DNA from: an uncultured Alphaproteobacteria bacterium
Lineage (GTDB): Bacteria > Pseudomonadota > Alphaproteobacteria > Paracaedibacterales > JAKBAR01
Direction of reading: 5' to 3'
DNA length: 64,000 bases
Assembly: GCA_937896365.1 (NCBI GenBank)
Contig: CALBMH010000060.1
Span: 1,200 to 65,199, forward strand
The notes below the pieces were generated by a model. It had not been told where the DNA came from. It ran no database searches and was given only the letters and a program-made list of their open reading frames with translations. A program made the translations under genes and the position numbers. Shown piece by piece: positions 10,101 to 20,028 of the stretch. How positions within the stretch are numbered: position 1 is the stretch's first letter; every line of letters begins with the position of its first letter.

Positions 10101-10649
10101 ATAGGACGAAGGAGAGGCTGTAAGGGCTTCGGTTGAGGGATCTACATAGTAGTGTCCTTGGGATGGGCCGTCGATACCGTATGCCCAGTAAAGCCCTGTA
10201 TTAAACCACTGAGGTGAGTTCGGTGCAGCCCTTTGGGTTGCCAGCATATAGCACATCTCATCATAGAAAACCTGTGCCTGGCTTTCATCCTCAAAGAGCT
10301 CTTCTTTCCATCCCCAATAAGTCCAGGCTCCCACCAATCGATGAAACACTTGCTTGGCTGAGGTTTCGCTTCCAAACGTTGCATTCGGTGCTGGTACGCG
10401 ACGCCAGAGAAATTGTGGAACGTCTTCTTCTTTCACCACCACCGTCCTGCTCGGCACGCCGGCTTTACGGAAATATTTTTGAGCGAGGACGTCCGTTGCC
10501 ACTTGAGACCAACTTTCTGGCGTATCAATGTTTTTAAGGGAAAAGACAACGGACCCATCAGGATTTCTAATATCACTTGCCGTTTGATGAAAGGATACAT
10601 CTGCGTACGGATCATTAGGGGTTCGAGTAAAGTAGCGCTGAATTTTCAT
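7119..10649 (-). CDS. nrdJ: Class II (adenosylcobalamin-dependent) ribonucleotide reductase
   Basis: 1176 aa. Active-site stretch [26 protein letters not shown]; Cys-rich C-terminal tail [28 protein letters not shown] typical of long NrdJ proteins. Confidence 0.93.
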   Translation of the reverse strand: MKIQRYFTRTPNDPYADVSFHQTASDIRNPDGSVVFSLKNIDTPESWSQVATDVLAQKYFRKAGVPSRTVVVKEEDVPQFLWRRVPAPNATFGSETSAKQVFHRLVGAWTYWGWKEELFEDESQAQVFYDEMCYMLATQRAAPNSPQWFNTGLYWAYGIDGPSQGHYYVDPSTEALTASPSSYERPQPHACFIQHVSDDLVNEGGIMDTWTREARLFKYGSGTGSNFSNIRGAGEPLSGGGKSSGLLSFLKIGDRSAGAIKSGGTTRRAAKMVVVDMDHPDIVEFIRWKVIEEQKVAALVTGSKLNHKHLNNILEACYLESLSPEEARDPKRNAILREAIKKAREIFIPENYIQRALQMAALGMRKLSFETYTTDWDSDAYLTVSGQNSNNSVRVTNDFLDAVIQDNEWHLIARRDRKSFKAMRARDLWKEVTFAAWACADPGIQFDTTINDWHTCPKSGRINASNPCSEYMFLDDTACNLASINLVTFLKDDGSFDVEAYTHAVMMWTIVLEISVYMAQFPSKEIAKLSYEFRTLGLGYANLGGLLMAMGIPYDSAQGRAIGGTLAAILTGVGYKTSAEMAAMVGTFKHYDLNKEDMLRVIRNHRRSAYGELKGYEQLGILPVSLIAKDCPLPELIQASTRAWDDALSLGEKYGYRNAQHSCIAPTGTIGLVMDCDTTGIEPDFALVKFKKLAGGGYFKIINQMVPLALKKLGYNEKQVEDIKAYAIGYGTLDDAPGVNFELLHRKGFDEAHIEKLRDALTSAFDIKFTFNVWTLGQELYKKLGISDEQMNSPHFDLLTHLGFSKEDIEAANNYCCGTMTLEGAPHLKEEHLPVFDCANPCGRIGKRYLSVESHIRMMAAVQPFISGAISKTVNMPNKATIEDCKEAYLMSWRLGLKANALYRDGSKLSQPLSTMVMDDDLIDEDIQEMPKTQQVATVTPMIVEKVIEKFISQRQKLPSRRTGYTQKASVAGHKIYIRTGEYDDGRLGEIFIDMHKEGAAFRSLMHNFAMAISIGLQYGVPLEEFVEAFTFTRFEPAGPVDGHDRVKMATSILDYIFRELAISYLGRDDLAHVQIAESDLRPDTIGERSDYQTFTDDADREAVTIPLSEEMLASNDNIVMLNMGKAAATGTYDARAQAKLKGYQGDACSDCGNFTMVRNGTCLKCMTCGATSGCS

Positions 10650-10683
10650 ACGGTCTCCTTTTAAGGCTTTGAGGGAGTTAGCA

Positions 10684-10699
10684 ACAAAATATAGTATTT
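10684..10699. promoter_or_regulatory. Candidate NrdR box 1 upstream of nrdJ
   Basis: acaaaatatagtattt matches about 12 of 16 positions of the NrdR consensus as I recall it (acaCwAtATaTwGtgt). It lies 35 nt upstream of the nrdJ ATG. Confidence 0.4.
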
Positions 10700-10714
10700 A
10701 TTAAGGAATTTCTG

Positions 10715-10730
10715 ACAAGATATAGTTTAA
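10715..10730. promoter_or_regulatory. Candidate NrdR box 2 upstream of nrdJ
   Basis: acaagatatagtttaa shares 12 of 16 positions with box 1. Start-to-start spacing is 31 bp, about three helical turns, the usual tandem NrdR-box phasing. Confidence 0.35.
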
Positions 10731-11017
10731 AACAGCACAGGGAGTGTTGTTTTTCAAGGCTTGATCTTTGAAAAAATTTATGCAGTGGAGTCTCTAGCAA
10801 CCGTTATCTTTTATTCCTTTTTGGGTGGTTTTTGGCTATCCACTATGCACGATATCCTGGATACCCTTGACGGGTACATAAGCTTTGGTGAGGAGATGCT
10901 TCCTCAAGAAAAGAAAATGGGTTCGTGGAAAGTATTATTTTTTATATGACCTCTTGCAAAGTACTAGAAAAATGCTACCTATAGGGGAGGGAAGGATGCA
11001 TTGGGAGGGTCAAACGG

Positions 11018-11368
11018 ATGAGTGCCCATGTTTATCTTCTCACCTGGTGGCGTGGGAAGCTTATTGGACAGGACAAAGATGGCAATCGCTATTATGAGGA
11101 TAGGCGCGTTCCAGTGTTCGGTAAGGCTCGGCGTTGGGTCATTTACAAAGGAATTGCTGAGGCTTCAAAAGTCTCTTCCGAGTGGTATGGATGGCTCCAT
11201 TACACGGTAGATTGTCCGCCTCTAACTGACCTTAACAAACATCAATGGCAAAAAGACCATGAGCCAAATCGGACGGGAACGGTTTTAGCCTATAAGCCTG
11301 GTAGCCTTAAGGGCTCTGGAAAATGTAGGATCTTCAAGGGTTATGAACCGTGGAAGCCGATGGGATGA
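11018..11368 (+). CDS. NDUFA12-family protein (NADH:ubiquinone oxidoreductase subunit-like)
   Basis: 116 aa. LLTWWRGKLIGQDKDGNRYYE..RRWVIY..EASKVSSEWYGWLHYT matches the alphaproteobacterial NDUFA12-like family pattern. Confidence 0.8.
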   Translation: MSAHVYLLTWWRGKLIGQDKDGNRYYEDRRVPVFGKARRWVIYKGIAEASKVSSEWYGWLHYTVDCPPLTDLNKHQWQKDHEPNRTGTVLAYKPGSLKGSGKCRIFKGYEPWKPMG

Positions 11369-11448
11369 TTGCTTTTGTGAGAAAAAGACTGGGGAATTTT
11401 TGGGTGGGTTGTGTGTAATTCTTCTGCACACGTCTCATCCTCCCTTAG

Positions 11449-12630
11449 TTATGTCATTTCTACGGCCATGGCTGTTGCTTCTCCTCCGCCAATGCAGGCT
11501 GCAGCGATACCCCGCTTAAGGCCGTGTGTGTTTAAAGCGTGAACAAGGGTTGTGAGAATACGTGCACCACTCGCTCCGATGGGATGGCCAAGGGTGCAAG
11601 CACCGCCATGATAGTTGACTTTGCTTCGATCTAAATGGAGCTCTTTGATTGCCGCCATAGCAACAACGGCAAAAGCTTCATTAATTTCAAAAAGGTCGAC
11701 TTCTTTTGATGTCCAACCAATGTGCTTAAAAATTTTTTCGATAGCACCGATGGGAGCCAGTGTGAACCACTCGGGTGCACACGCGAAGCTCGTATAACCA
11801 ACAATACGTGCGAGGGGTTTATACCCTTTTTTTTGGGCATAGCTTTCAGACATAAGATGGAGAACAGAGGCGCCATCAGCAATGGACGAAGATGTCGCAG
11901 CTGTCACGGTTCCATCCGTAGCAAATGCAGGTTTGAGTTTGCTAAACTTATCTACTTTTACCCGCATAGGCGGTTCATCCCTGTCGATAACGTTCTCGGC
12001 ATGGGGAAAGGAAACAATTTCGTTATTAAAATAGCCGTTTTGTTGGGCTTTTTGATAGTTCTCAAACGTTTTAGCAGAAAAGTGCTCTTGATCTTCTCTT
12101 GAAAAACCATATTTTTTAGCTGTTTCGTCGGCGAAACATCCCATAGCTTTGCGTGAGGTGCGATCGGCGCCCGAATGGTAGGCATCTTCCAAACCATCCC
12201 ACATCATATGATCAACAATATCGCCGTGTCCCATGCGGTAGCCCGCCCGTCCGCGCAACAAAAGATAAGGTGCATGGCTCATGGACTCCATGCCCCCCGC
12301 TAAGACGCTTTGGGCATGACCCAGTTGAATCATGTCCGCGGCGTACATCACAGCCTTCATTCCTGAACCACAGACTTTATTTATAGTCGTTGCAGGAAGA
12401 GATTTTCCAAGCCCTCCGAGAATAGCTGCTTGACGCGCAGGGGCTTGACCCATCCCAGCAGAGAGCACACAGCCTAGGATTAACTCATCAACCGCTGCGA
12501 TAGTACTTGTTTGATGGAGCCCTTTGATCACAGGAGCAGCAATTTCTGGAGCTTTTAAATGAGACAAAATCCCCTGAAAAGCTCCTATAGGTGAACGCTT
12601 GGCCGACACAATAACAACCGTCGTAGTCAT
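11449..12630 (-). CDS. Acetyl-CoA C-acetyltransferase (thiolase II)
   Basis: 393 aa. Active-site Cys context INKVCGSGMKAV; C-terminal motifs GGACTLGHPIGASGARIL and CIGGGEATAMAVE. Confidence 0.92.
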   Translation of the reverse strand: MTTTVVIVSAKRSPIGAFQGILSHLKAPEIAAPVIKGLHQTSTIAAVDELILGCVLSAGMGQAPARQAAILGGLGKSLPATTINKVCGSGMKAVMYAADMIQLGHAQSVLAGGMESMSHAPYLLLRGRAGYRMGHGDIVDHMMWDGLEDAYHSGADRTSRKAMGCFADETAKKYGFSREDQEHFSAKTFENYQKAQQNGYFNNEIVSFPHAENVIDRDEPPMRVKVDKFSKLKPAFATDGTVTAATSSSIADGASVLHLMSESYAQKKGYKPLARIVGYTSFACAPEWFTLAPIGAIEKIFKHIGWTSKEVDLFEINEAFAVVAMAAIKELHLDRSKVNYHGGACTLGHPIGASGARILTTLVHALNTHGLKRGIAAACIGGGEATAMAVEMT

Positions 12631-12718
12631 AAGTATAACAACCTACTCGTTCTCTATAGTATTTTTCAGTTATACTCCAGGGAAAGGGACCTTTGCCTGG
12701 AGTATGGCGCTAGCAATC

Positions 12719-13489
12719 TTATTTCTTGATAAGGTCAGGAGCGTACGGTTCGCTTGCACGAAGGGATTCTGGAAGCATGCCCGAACGTGTTGTATTCAGA
12801 TCACGACCACCAGCTTCAGCAATTAAATGCTCTTTTTCCTTTGCAACTTGTGCTTCGAATTTGCGGTTCATTTCAGATTTCATGATCCCCACAATCAAAG
12901 ACCAGCCAGAAAGACCACGGGCTTTGAGGTCGCTTGTATCAAACCATGCGCGTACTTTTTGAACCTCAAATGGCTTGTTCATATCGATCCTCGCCATGGC
13001 GCTACCATTAGAGTAAACCTCTTGTGTTGGCACATCCACAGCAGAGAAGAAGAGTGGAACTTCAACCATGGGAAGATTTGCATTCGCTCCAGCAGAATGA
13101 GCGACTTTGACGTAGAACATCACCTCAAGACGTGCGGGATTGTTGCTATCACAACCTACTTCGATATCCTCGATCATGATATTGGGAGAGTAGTCCCCGA
13201 CCCGTATTTCAAGCTCGCGGTTTGTCCTCAAGATCGCAGCTTCCTTTGGTGCGTTTTCTGCACAACAGCAGCCCCACGCATCTTCAGAAATGAGATCCAT
13301 GTCCGTCGATTCGAAAAGCATTTTTTTCTTACCATTTACCATAACCTGATAAACACCTTTTCCTCCCACACCGCTTGGCATGGTGTAGGTTGAACCGAGG
13401 TTAGAGGGTGTTGGTTTTTGTTCGGGTTGACAAGCCGTCATTAAAAAGGCGGCAGCTAAAAATGTTAAGGATTTTGTTGCTCTATGCAT
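12719..13489 (-). CDS. Hypothetical lipoprotein with a Cys-Cys-Cys motif
   Basis: 256 aa. Lipobox LTFLAAAFLMTAC; unusual WGCCCAE segment. No family recognised. Confidence 0.55.
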   Translation of the reverse strand: MHRATKSLTFLAAAFLMTACQPEQKPTPSNLGSTYTMPSGVGGKGVYQVMVNGKKKMLFESTDMDLISEDAWGCCCAENAPKEAAILRTNRELEIRVGDYSPNIMIEDIEVGCDSNNPARLEVMFYVKVAHSAGANANLPMVEVPLFFSAVDVPTQEVYSNGSAMARIDMNKPFEVQKVRAWFDTSDLKARGLSGWSLIVGIMKSEMNRKFEAQVAKEKEHLIAEAGGRDLNTTRSGMLPESLRASEPYAPDLIKK

Positions 13490-13652
13490 TCGAATGCTCC
13501 TTGCAAAGTTTTTGACATCGGTAGTTTAGCACTAAAAAATAAAATTTTAATCAAAATTTTAAATCTCGCACGTGTTTGCTTCTTGCTCACTGTACCTTAT
13601 TCTCAGGTATAAAGGAAAAAGGTTAACAAGTTCTTACTGCACGAAAAGAAAA

Positions 13653-15092
13653 ATGTCAGTAATTGTATGGTTTCGAAATGATCTCCGTTTATTTGATAAC
13701 CCCGCACTGCATTACGCCGCACAATACTCAAAAAAACAGCTTCATCTCGTCTACATCAGTCCCGAAAACAAGGAAGAATCCCTTGGAAGCGCGTCAAAAT
13801 GGTGGCTTCATCAGAGTCTCTTAGCGTTACAAGAAGATATTCAATCGCGCGGTGGCTCTCTTATTTTGCGTCGTGGCTCCCACCAAGATGTTCTTGAGGG
13901 CCTTGTGTATGAAACCAAAGCAAACGCTCTTTTTTGGAATAGGCGTTACGATCCTGAAGGTCTATCGTGTGATAAAAAGATAAAGGAATATTTTAAGAAT
14001 AAGGGCCTGAGCGTTTATTCATTCAATGCCTGTTTGCTTTTTGAGCCATGGGATATCAAAAACAAGTCTGGTAAACCTTTTCAAGTCTTCACGCCCTTTT
14101 GGAAAGAGTGCCAGAGGCTTTTGCAAGAACACATACCTGCTCCCACTCCTCCCGTTCTGCGTGCCCATGCTCAAAATCTTTATTCTCTGAGTGTTTTTGA
14201 TCTTTGTGGTCATCCTTCTTCCTCGCCGGATTGGTCCGCTGGACTGCGAAAGGCGTGGATCCCTGGTGAAAAAGGTGCACACAGATTATTTGATCACTTT
14301 ATTGACAATCATTTAAAGGATTATGGGAGAAAGAGGGACTATCCCTCTCTTGCCTGTACATCAAGGCTTTCACCCCATCTGCGTTTTGGTGAAATAAGTG
14401 TAAAGTGGATTGTTCATCGTTGTCACCAGCTCGCGGTAACCGAGAGTACACTGAATGAGAGTATTCATAGCTTTTTACGTGAGCTTGGTTGGCGTGAATT
14501 TGCTCATCATCTTCTTTACCACTTTCCTAACATCACGACGCATCCTCTTCGTAAGGAATTTTCTAAAATGCCTTGGGAGGACGACGAGACGGCTATGAAA
14601 GCTTGGCAAAAAGGTCAGACAGGCTACCCTCTCATTGATGCAGGTATGCGCCAATTATGGCAGACTGGATGGATGCATAACCGTGTGCGCATGCTTGTTG
14701 CCTCGTTTCTTATCAAGGATCTCCTCATTGACTGGCGTAAAGGGGCAGCATGGTTTTGGGATACCCTTGTTGATGCTGATCTGGCGAATAATACAGCAAG
14801 CTGGCAATGGGTGGCCGGATGCGGAGCTGATGCCGCACCTTACTTTCGTATTTTTAATCCGACGCTGCAAAGCCTGAAATTCGATCCTGAAGGGCACTAT
14901 ATTCGGCAGTACGTTCCAGAATTAGCAAAGTTACCCAAGGAGTTTATTCATACTCCTTGGGAAGCACCTTCTGATGTATTGAGTAAAGCCAATATCAAAT
15001 TAGATACAACATACAGTTCTCCTATTGTCGATCACGACGATTGTAGAAAAAAAGCTCTCGAGATATTCAGAACGATAAGAACTCCTCTTTAA
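13653..15092 (+). CDS. phr: Deoxyribodipyrimidine photolyase (class I CPD type)
   Basis: FAD-binding region TGYPLIDAGMRQLWQTGWMHNRVRMLVASFL..DADLANNTASWQWVAGCGADAAPYFRIFNP. The ATG at 13653 (MSVIVWFRNDLRLFDNPAL) is preferred to the GTG at 13572. Confidence 0.92.
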   Translation: MSVIVWFRNDLRLFDNPALHYAAQYSKKQLHLVYISPENKEESLGSASKWWLHQSLLALQEDIQSRGGSLILRRGSHQDVLEGLVYETKANALFWNRRYDPEGLSCDKKIKEYFKNKGLSVYSFNACLLFEPWDIKNKSGKPFQVFTPFWKECQRLLQEHIPAPTPPVLRAHAQNLYSLSVFDLCGHPSSSPDWSAGLRKAWIPGEKGAHRLFDHFIDNHLKDYGRKRDYPSLACTSRLSPHLRFGEISVKWIVHRCHQLAVTESTLNESIHSFLRELGWREFAHHLLYHFPNITTHPLRKEFSKMPWEDDETAMKAWQKGQTGYPLIDAGMRQLWQTGWMHNRVRMLVASFLIKDLLIDWRKGAAWFWDTLVDADLANNTASWQWVAGCGADAAPYFRIFNPTLQSLKFDPEGHYIRQYVPELAKLPKEFIHTPWEAPSDVLSKANIKLDTTYSSPIVDHDDCRKKALEIFRTIRTPL

Positions 15093-15253
15093 AGACGTGC
15101 CTCATCTTCCTCTTCATAGTGTTTTGGAGCAATGACGGTTAAGAGGGGTAAAAATGGATGGTTAGCGGGTTGTCTTGAGGAAACCTCTGCTGGATTTCCT
15201 CTCCAAAAAAGACTAGAACTAGCCCATATGTCTTCACAGATGATAGGGGATCA

Positions 15254-18103
15254 ATGAATAATGCTATTGTGATTCGTGGTGCCCGCGAACATAATCTCAA
15301 AAACATTCATCTAACCATTCCGCGCAATACGTTTGTTGTTATTACAGGACTTAGCGGATCGGGAAAATCTTCTTTGGCTTTTGATACGCTCTATGCTGAA
15401 GGTCAACGGCGCTATGTCGAGAGCTTGTCAGCGTATGCTCGTCAGTTCCTAGGCTTGATGCAAAAACCGGATGTCGATAGCATTGAGGGTCTTAGCCCCG
15501 CTATTGCCATTGAGCAAAAAACAACGTCGAAAAATCCTCGCTCGACAGTGGGTACAGTAACAGAGATTTACGATTATCTGCGTCTTCTTTTTGCGCGTAT
15601 TGGCATACCACACTCTCCAACAACGGGTCTTCCCATCGAAGCCCAAACGGTTAGTCAGATGGTCGATCGCTTGCAAGCGTTGCCCTTAAACACAAAGCTG
15701 ATGTTGCTTACTCCCATCGCTCAGGGGCGCAAGGGTGAGTATAAGAAGGAGTTTTTAGAATTGCGCCAAAAGGGGTTCCCGCGTGTGAGGGTGAATGGCG
15801 TGCTTTATGATCTGGACGATGTGCCTGTGCTCGATAAGAATAAAAAGCATGATATTGAAGTGGTGGTTGACCGTCTTGTCGTTCAAGAGGATATCCAGTC
15901 ACGCTTAACGGATTCTATCGAGACAGCCCTTAAAATTAGTGATGGGATCATTGTTGTTCAAAACCTCACATTGGGCGAAAGTATCATTCTCTCCAGTAAA
16001 TTTGCATGTCCTGTATCGGGTTTTAGTATCGCAGAAATAGAGCCGCGACTATTCTCTTTCAACAGTCCCTTTGGTGCCTGCACAACGTGTGGTGGTCTTG
16101 GTGTGGAGATGCAATTTGATGTCGAACGAATCATTCCTTATCCGCATTTGTCTTTACGTGAGGGAGCCATTGCCCCTTGGTCACGTGCAGAGGCAGGAAA
16201 GAAAAAAGCATCCCCCTACGAGTATTATATGAATGTTCTCGAATCATTGGCACGCGTCAAAAATTTCTCTCTTAACGTGCCTTTCGAAGATTTGCATGAC
16301 CATATTAAAAATCTTATTTTACATGGGTCAAAGAGTGAAATCATTCCCATTACATTTGATGATGGCATTCGAAAGTACACAACTCAAAAACCTTTTGAGG
16401 GTGTGATCTCTTATCTCGAGCGGAAGTTTCGTGATACGGATAGGGATCAATTTCGAGATGAGCTCATGCTCTATCAAAGTACGTCTTGTTGCCGTGCATG
16501 CAATGGTCATCGCTTGAAACCCGAGGCTCTTGCTGTAAAGATTTGTGGCAAACATATTGGTAATGTAACGCAAATGTCTATTGAGGATGCTTTGGCGTGG
16601 TTTAAACACCTTCATGGGGAGCTTACTCAAAAACAACGGGATATTGGGGAGCGTATTCTTAATGAGATCAACAATCGTCTGCACTTTCTCAACAATGTCG
16701 GTTTAGAATATCTTACTCTAGCGCGTTCTTCTGGAACGTTATCGGGGGGTGAAAATCAACGTATTCGCCTTGCTTCACAAATTGGATCAGGACTGACAGG
16801 TGTTCTCTACGTGTTGGATGAGCCATCTATTGGACTGCATCAGCGGGATAATGATCGGCTCATTGATACGCTTAAGCATCTGCGTAATCTTGGGAATTCG
16901 GTCATCGTTGTGGAGCATGACGCGGATACAATTAGGGAGTGTGATCATGTGATTGATATGGGACCAGGGGCGGGCGTGAATGGAGGAAATATCCTTTTCC
17001 AAGGCCTACCAAAGGATATGTTGGCCGATGAAGCGAGTCTGACGGGGGCCTACCTCAGTGGTCGGAAAATTATTCCTGTGCCAAGCAGACGGCGCACAGC
17101 AAAATTAGGACAGTATCTTACTCTTAAAGGAGCGACAACGAATAACTTACGCCGTGTGAGTGCGAGTATTCCTTTAGGTACGCTTACCTGTGTGACGGGG
17201 GTGTCGGGGGGTGGCAAATCGTCGCTTGTGATTGAGACTTTATACAAAGCTCTTGCAAGGCATTTTTTTGAGGCGCGTGAGCTTCCAGGTCATTATGAAA
17301 AGATAGAGGGCATTGAATACCTTGATAAGGTCATTGATATTGATCAGTCACCTATTGGTCGCACACCACGATCGAATCCTGTAACCTATATTGATTGTTT
17401 TACCAAAGTTCGAGAATGGTTTGCGGGTCTCCCCCTTGCAAAAACACGGGGTTATTTACCGGGGCGCTTTTCTTTTAATGTAAAGGGTGGACGCTGTGAA
17501 GCTTGTGAAGGTGATGGTGTTATAAAAATCGAAATGCACTTTTTGCCTGATGTCTATGTCCAGTGTGATCAATGCAAAGGTAAGCGCTTTAATCGTGAAA
17601 CCTTGGATATTACCTTTAAGGAGAAATCCATTGCGGATATCCTTGATATGACCGTGGATGAAGCGTTGGAATTTTTTAAGGACCATCCAAGGATCAGTGA
17701 GAAAATGCGAACATTGCAAGAGGTGGGGCTTGGCTATATCCATTTAGGTCAGCAAGCAACGACACTGTCGGGGGGAGAAGCACAGCGTATTAAACTCTCA
17801 AAAGAGCTTTCGAAACGCGCAACAGGCAAGACGCTCTACATACTCGATGAGCCCACGACGGGCCTTCATTTTCAAGATATTCACAAACTTCTCGAAGTCC
17901 TTCATCGTCTTGTGGACCAAGGAAATACAGTCCTTGTGATTGAACATAATCTCGATGTGATTAAAACAGCGGACTATATCATTGATATTGGTCCCGAGGG
18001 TGGTTATAAGGGAGGACGTGTGGTTGGGGTAGGAACCCCTGAAGAGATTGTCAACGTCAAGGAAAGCTTCACAGGAAAATATCTTCAGGAATATTTGGCC
18101 TAG
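15254..18103 (+). CDS. uvrA: Excinuclease ABC subunit A
   Basis: 949 aa. [28 protein letters not shown]; zinc-finger Cys clusters; second ABC module [11 protein letters not shown] and [11 protein letters not shown]. Confidence 0.97.
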   Translation: MNNAIVIRGAREHNLKNIHLTIPRNTFVVITGLSGSGKSSLAFDTLYAEGQRRYVESLSAYARQFLGLMQKPDVDSIEGLSPAIAIEQKTTSKNPRSTVGTVTEIYDYLRLLFARIGIPHSPTTGLPIEAQTVSQMVDRLQALPLNTKLMLLTPIAQGRKGEYKKEFLELRQKGFPRVRVNGVLYDLDDVPVLDKNKKHDIEVVVDRLVVQEDIQSRLTDSIETALKISDGIIVVQNLTLGESIILSSKFACPVSGFSIAEIEPRLFSFNSPFGACTTCGGLGVEMQFDVERIIPYPHLSLREGAIAPWSRAEAGKKKASPYEYYMNVLESLARVKNFSLNVPFEDLHDHIKNLILHGSKSEIIPITFDDGIRKYTTQKPFEGVISYLERKFRDTDRDQFRDELMLYQSTSCCRACNGHRLKPEALAVKICGKHIGNVTQMSIEDALAWFKHLHGELTQKQRDIGERILNEINNRLHFLNNVGLEYLTLARSSGTLSGGENQRIRLASQIGSGLTGVLYVLDEPSIGLHQRDNDRLIDTLKHLRNLGNSVIVVEHDADTIRECDHVIDMGPGAGVNGGNILFQGLPKDMLADEASLTGAYLSGRKIIPVPSRRRTAKLGQYLTLKGATTNNLRRVSASIPLGTLTCVTGVSGGGKSSLVIETLYKALARHFFEARELPGHYEKIEGIEYLDKVIDIDQSPIGRTPRSNPVTYIDCFTKVREWFAGLPLAKTRGYLPGRFSFNVKGGRCEACEGDGVIKIEMHFLPDVYVQCDQCKGKRFNRETLDITFKEKSIADILDMTVDEALEFFKDHPRISEKMRTLQEVGLGYIHLGQQATTLSGGEAQRIKLSKELSKRATGKTLYILDEPTTGLHFQDIHKLLEVLHRLVDQGNTVLVIEHNLDVIKTADYIIDIGPEGGYKGGRVVGVGTPEEIVNVKESFTGKYLQEYLA

Positions 18104-18732
18104 TCAGCAATATCATCGTTAGATGAAGTAGAGTGCGGAGCTTCACTCGGGGGATCAAGTTTTTTGCGTTCGTGTTCTATCTCATACCAGTTAGTTCTTT
18201 TCCGGATCTACTTCGTCATAAATTTCCCTTGAAATACCCACCTCTGCTAAGCGCTTGTCGATAAAATTATTTTCAAAATCGTGCAAATCAGATGCGGCCT
18301 GTATGGATCTTTTTTCATGACGTTTCTTCCTATGATTAAATCCTGGATTCGTCTCCTTGATCATTAATACCGTCAGCCTGTCTTATATGATCATCAATTC
18401 TGTCTCTTATTTTCGGTATTCAGGGTCTTCAGCGCGCATACTTCTCATCTCGTTATATATACGCAAGTATTGACGCAATATGTTATAGCGCTCCTCTCTT
18501 CTTAATTTAGTTGGTTTAGATAGTGTGTTATCCAATTGAGTTGAGAGCTCTTTTCTCTCATATTGTAGTGTCGCGGCGCATGGGGTTTCTTATCCTCCCC
18601 GATGAGCCATCGGAAGCAATAACTATTTTCCAGTCCTATAAAACAAGTAGCTGAGATGTTAGAAAGCATATCGATCGTTTCATTATTCGCCGCTTTCATA
18701 AAATAGAATGTGTTGACGATATGAGGATACAA
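18104..18732 (-). pseudogene. Probable decayed gene (chain of five short reading segments in shifting frames)
   Basis: Reverse-strand translation gives consecutive hydrophilic segments of 76, at least 29, 25, 47 and 29 codons. Examples are ..EERYNILRQYLRIYNEMRSMRAEDPEYRK and HRKKRHEKRSIQAASDLHDFENNFIDKRLAEVGISREIYDEVDPEKN. Each ends in a stop and resumes in another frame, covering an otherwise empty 0.7-kb gap between uvrA and atpF. Confidence 0.4.
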
Positions 18733-18818
18733 TGGCAGTGGTTAAAAAAAGAACTAACCCTTTGCCTTTCGTAAATGCTCGTTCAAATTGTTTGTTGAGA
18801 TGTCTACAGGGCGTGAGA

Positions 18819-19298
18819 TTATTTTATTAAGAGCTGCTTTTCTAACAACCCGAGAACTTTCTTTTGAAAGGCTGATTGGTATTCTGGATTGTTAGCCATT
18901 GTAACACGCAGCTCTTGAAGGACTGCATTGACAAGATCTTGTTTTAAGGAGTAGACTCGACTGTTCCTCTCAGCATCCAAGAGAGAAAAATGATATTTCT
19001 CCCGTTCACTTATGAAGTGCTTCATCTCCTGTATGTGTAGGGTATTCATTTCCTCAATCTGTTTTTGAACGTCATAATCTTTTTTTTTGAGCGCTTCTTG
19101 GAAATTCTGTAAGTCTTGTTTAAGGGCGTTCAGGGTTAACTGGGCTTCTTCTTTTTGCTGATTGGCCAAGGCGAGAGCGTTTGCGATCCCTTGAATTTTT
19201 TGATCAAGAATCCCTTTCATTTTTTTATGACCATACTTATAAGCAAAAAAAACAAAAGTTAAAAAGCTCACGAAATAGGCAAAATTAGTGGAGAACAT
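18819..19298 (-). CDS. atpF: ATP synthase F0 subunit b
   Basis: 159 aa with one N-terminal TM helix then a long charged helix. It is the last gene of the atpI-B-E-F'-F order and overlaps the b' gene by 14 nt. Confidence 0.8.
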   Translation of the reverse strand: MFSTNFAYFVSFLTFVFFAYKYGHKKMKGILDQKIQGIANALALANQQKEEAQLTLNALKQDLQNFQEALKKKDYDVQKQIEEMNTLHIQEMKHFISEREKYHFSLLDAERNSRVYSLKQDLVNAVLQELRVTMANNPEYQSAFQKKVLGLLEKQLLIK

Positions 19299-19755
19299 AG
19301 TGCTTTCTCTCCTCAGTAGTTGTCCGGTCCAAGAGGTTGTCCAAGATATCTTTTATAAGCGTTTGTGCAAGTTCGGGTATATCTGTTTTAACTTCTCTAA
19401 TCTCTTTATCAATCGCCATAAGCGATTCTTTGCGTCGTTCAGAAAAGAGCTCCTGGAGTTTTTGCCGTTCTTTTTCTTTCTCTGCAATGATCATAGCGCG
19501 AGCCGCTTCGAGTCTATGGCGTGTTTTTTCAGCATGTTCGTGTTTGAGATGATTCATCTGTTTGGTAAGATCATTAATCTGGGCGAGATAGTTTGTTTCT
19601 CTGTCCTTTACGTCTTGAATATATTGAGAGCGTTTCTTCATAGAGCTTTGGATGCGTGGCACGGCCACCCCACTGATGACCCCTACTAAAAGGCTGAAAG
19701 ACACGACCAGCCAAAAGACCTGGGAAACAAAGTACGTTGGATCAAATTGAGGCAT
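19285..19755 (-). CDS. atpF2: ATP synthase F0 subunit b'
   Basis: 156 aa. MPQFDPTYFVSQVFWLVVSFSLL is the typical b' N-terminus, followed by a long charged helix. Confidence 0.8.
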   Translation of the reverse strand: MPQFDPTYFVSQVFWLVVSFSLLVGVISGVAVPRIQSSMKKRSQYIQDVKDRETNYLAQINDLTKQMNHLKHEHAEKTRHRLEAARAMIIAEKEKERQKLQELFSERRKESLMAIDKEIREVKTDIPELAQTLIKDILDNLLDRTTTEERKHYVLH

Positions 19756-19783
19756 TGGGTCATTGGCCTTTTTATTTCTCGTA

Positions 19784-20008
19784 TTACTTAAACAAAATGA
19801 TCATTGCGACGACGAAAGCGAGGAGTGCGATGGACTCTGTGAGTGCGAAGCCAATCATACCTACGGGAAAAATCTCGTTTTTGGCTGCTGGATTTCGCGC
19901 AATCGCATTAATAAGGTTTGAAAAAAGATTTCCAAGACCAAGACCAACTCCGAGAAGTGCAATCATTGACAAACCTGCGCCGATCATTTTTGCCGCGTTG
20001 ATATCCAT
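19784..20008 (-). CDS. atpE: ATP synthase F0 subunit c
   Basis: MDINAAKMIGAGL..ARNPAAKNEIFPVGMIGFALTESIALLAFVVAMIILF. The ATG at 20008 gives the usual 74-aa protein; the track start at 20032 would overlap atpB. Confidence 0.93.
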   Translation of the reverse strand: MDINAAKMIGAGLSMIALLGVGLGLGNLFSNLINAIARNPAAKNEIFPVGMIGFALTESIALLAFVVAMIILFK

Positions 20009-20028
20009 AAACCTAACCCTCATAAAAT

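Noticed and set aside
10650-10760. Cobalamin riboswitch in the nrdJ leader (considered because the enzyme uses B12)
   Set aside because: The leader is only about 110 nt and very A+T-rich. It has no GC-rich B12-box-like core or extended pairing that I can see.
10761-11210. Small plus-strand ORFs (10761..10949, 10885..11097, 11022..11210) in or beside the nrdJ/NDUFA12 intergenic region
   Set aside because: They are mutually overlapping and motif-free. The last one is an alternative frame of the well-supported NDUFA12-family gene.
12827-13393. 188-aa plus-strand ORF antisense to the CCC lipoprotein gene
   Set aside because: It has no signal, motif or RBS. The minus-strand ORF is longer and has a proper lipobox. 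Neither has homology evidence, however, so this remains a judgement call.
15093-15253. Alphaproteobacterial SOS box (GAAC-N7-GAAC / GTTC-N7-GTTC) upstream of uvrA
   Set aside because: There is only a single GAAC (15216-15219), followed after 7 nt by TATG, so no direct-repeat box is present.
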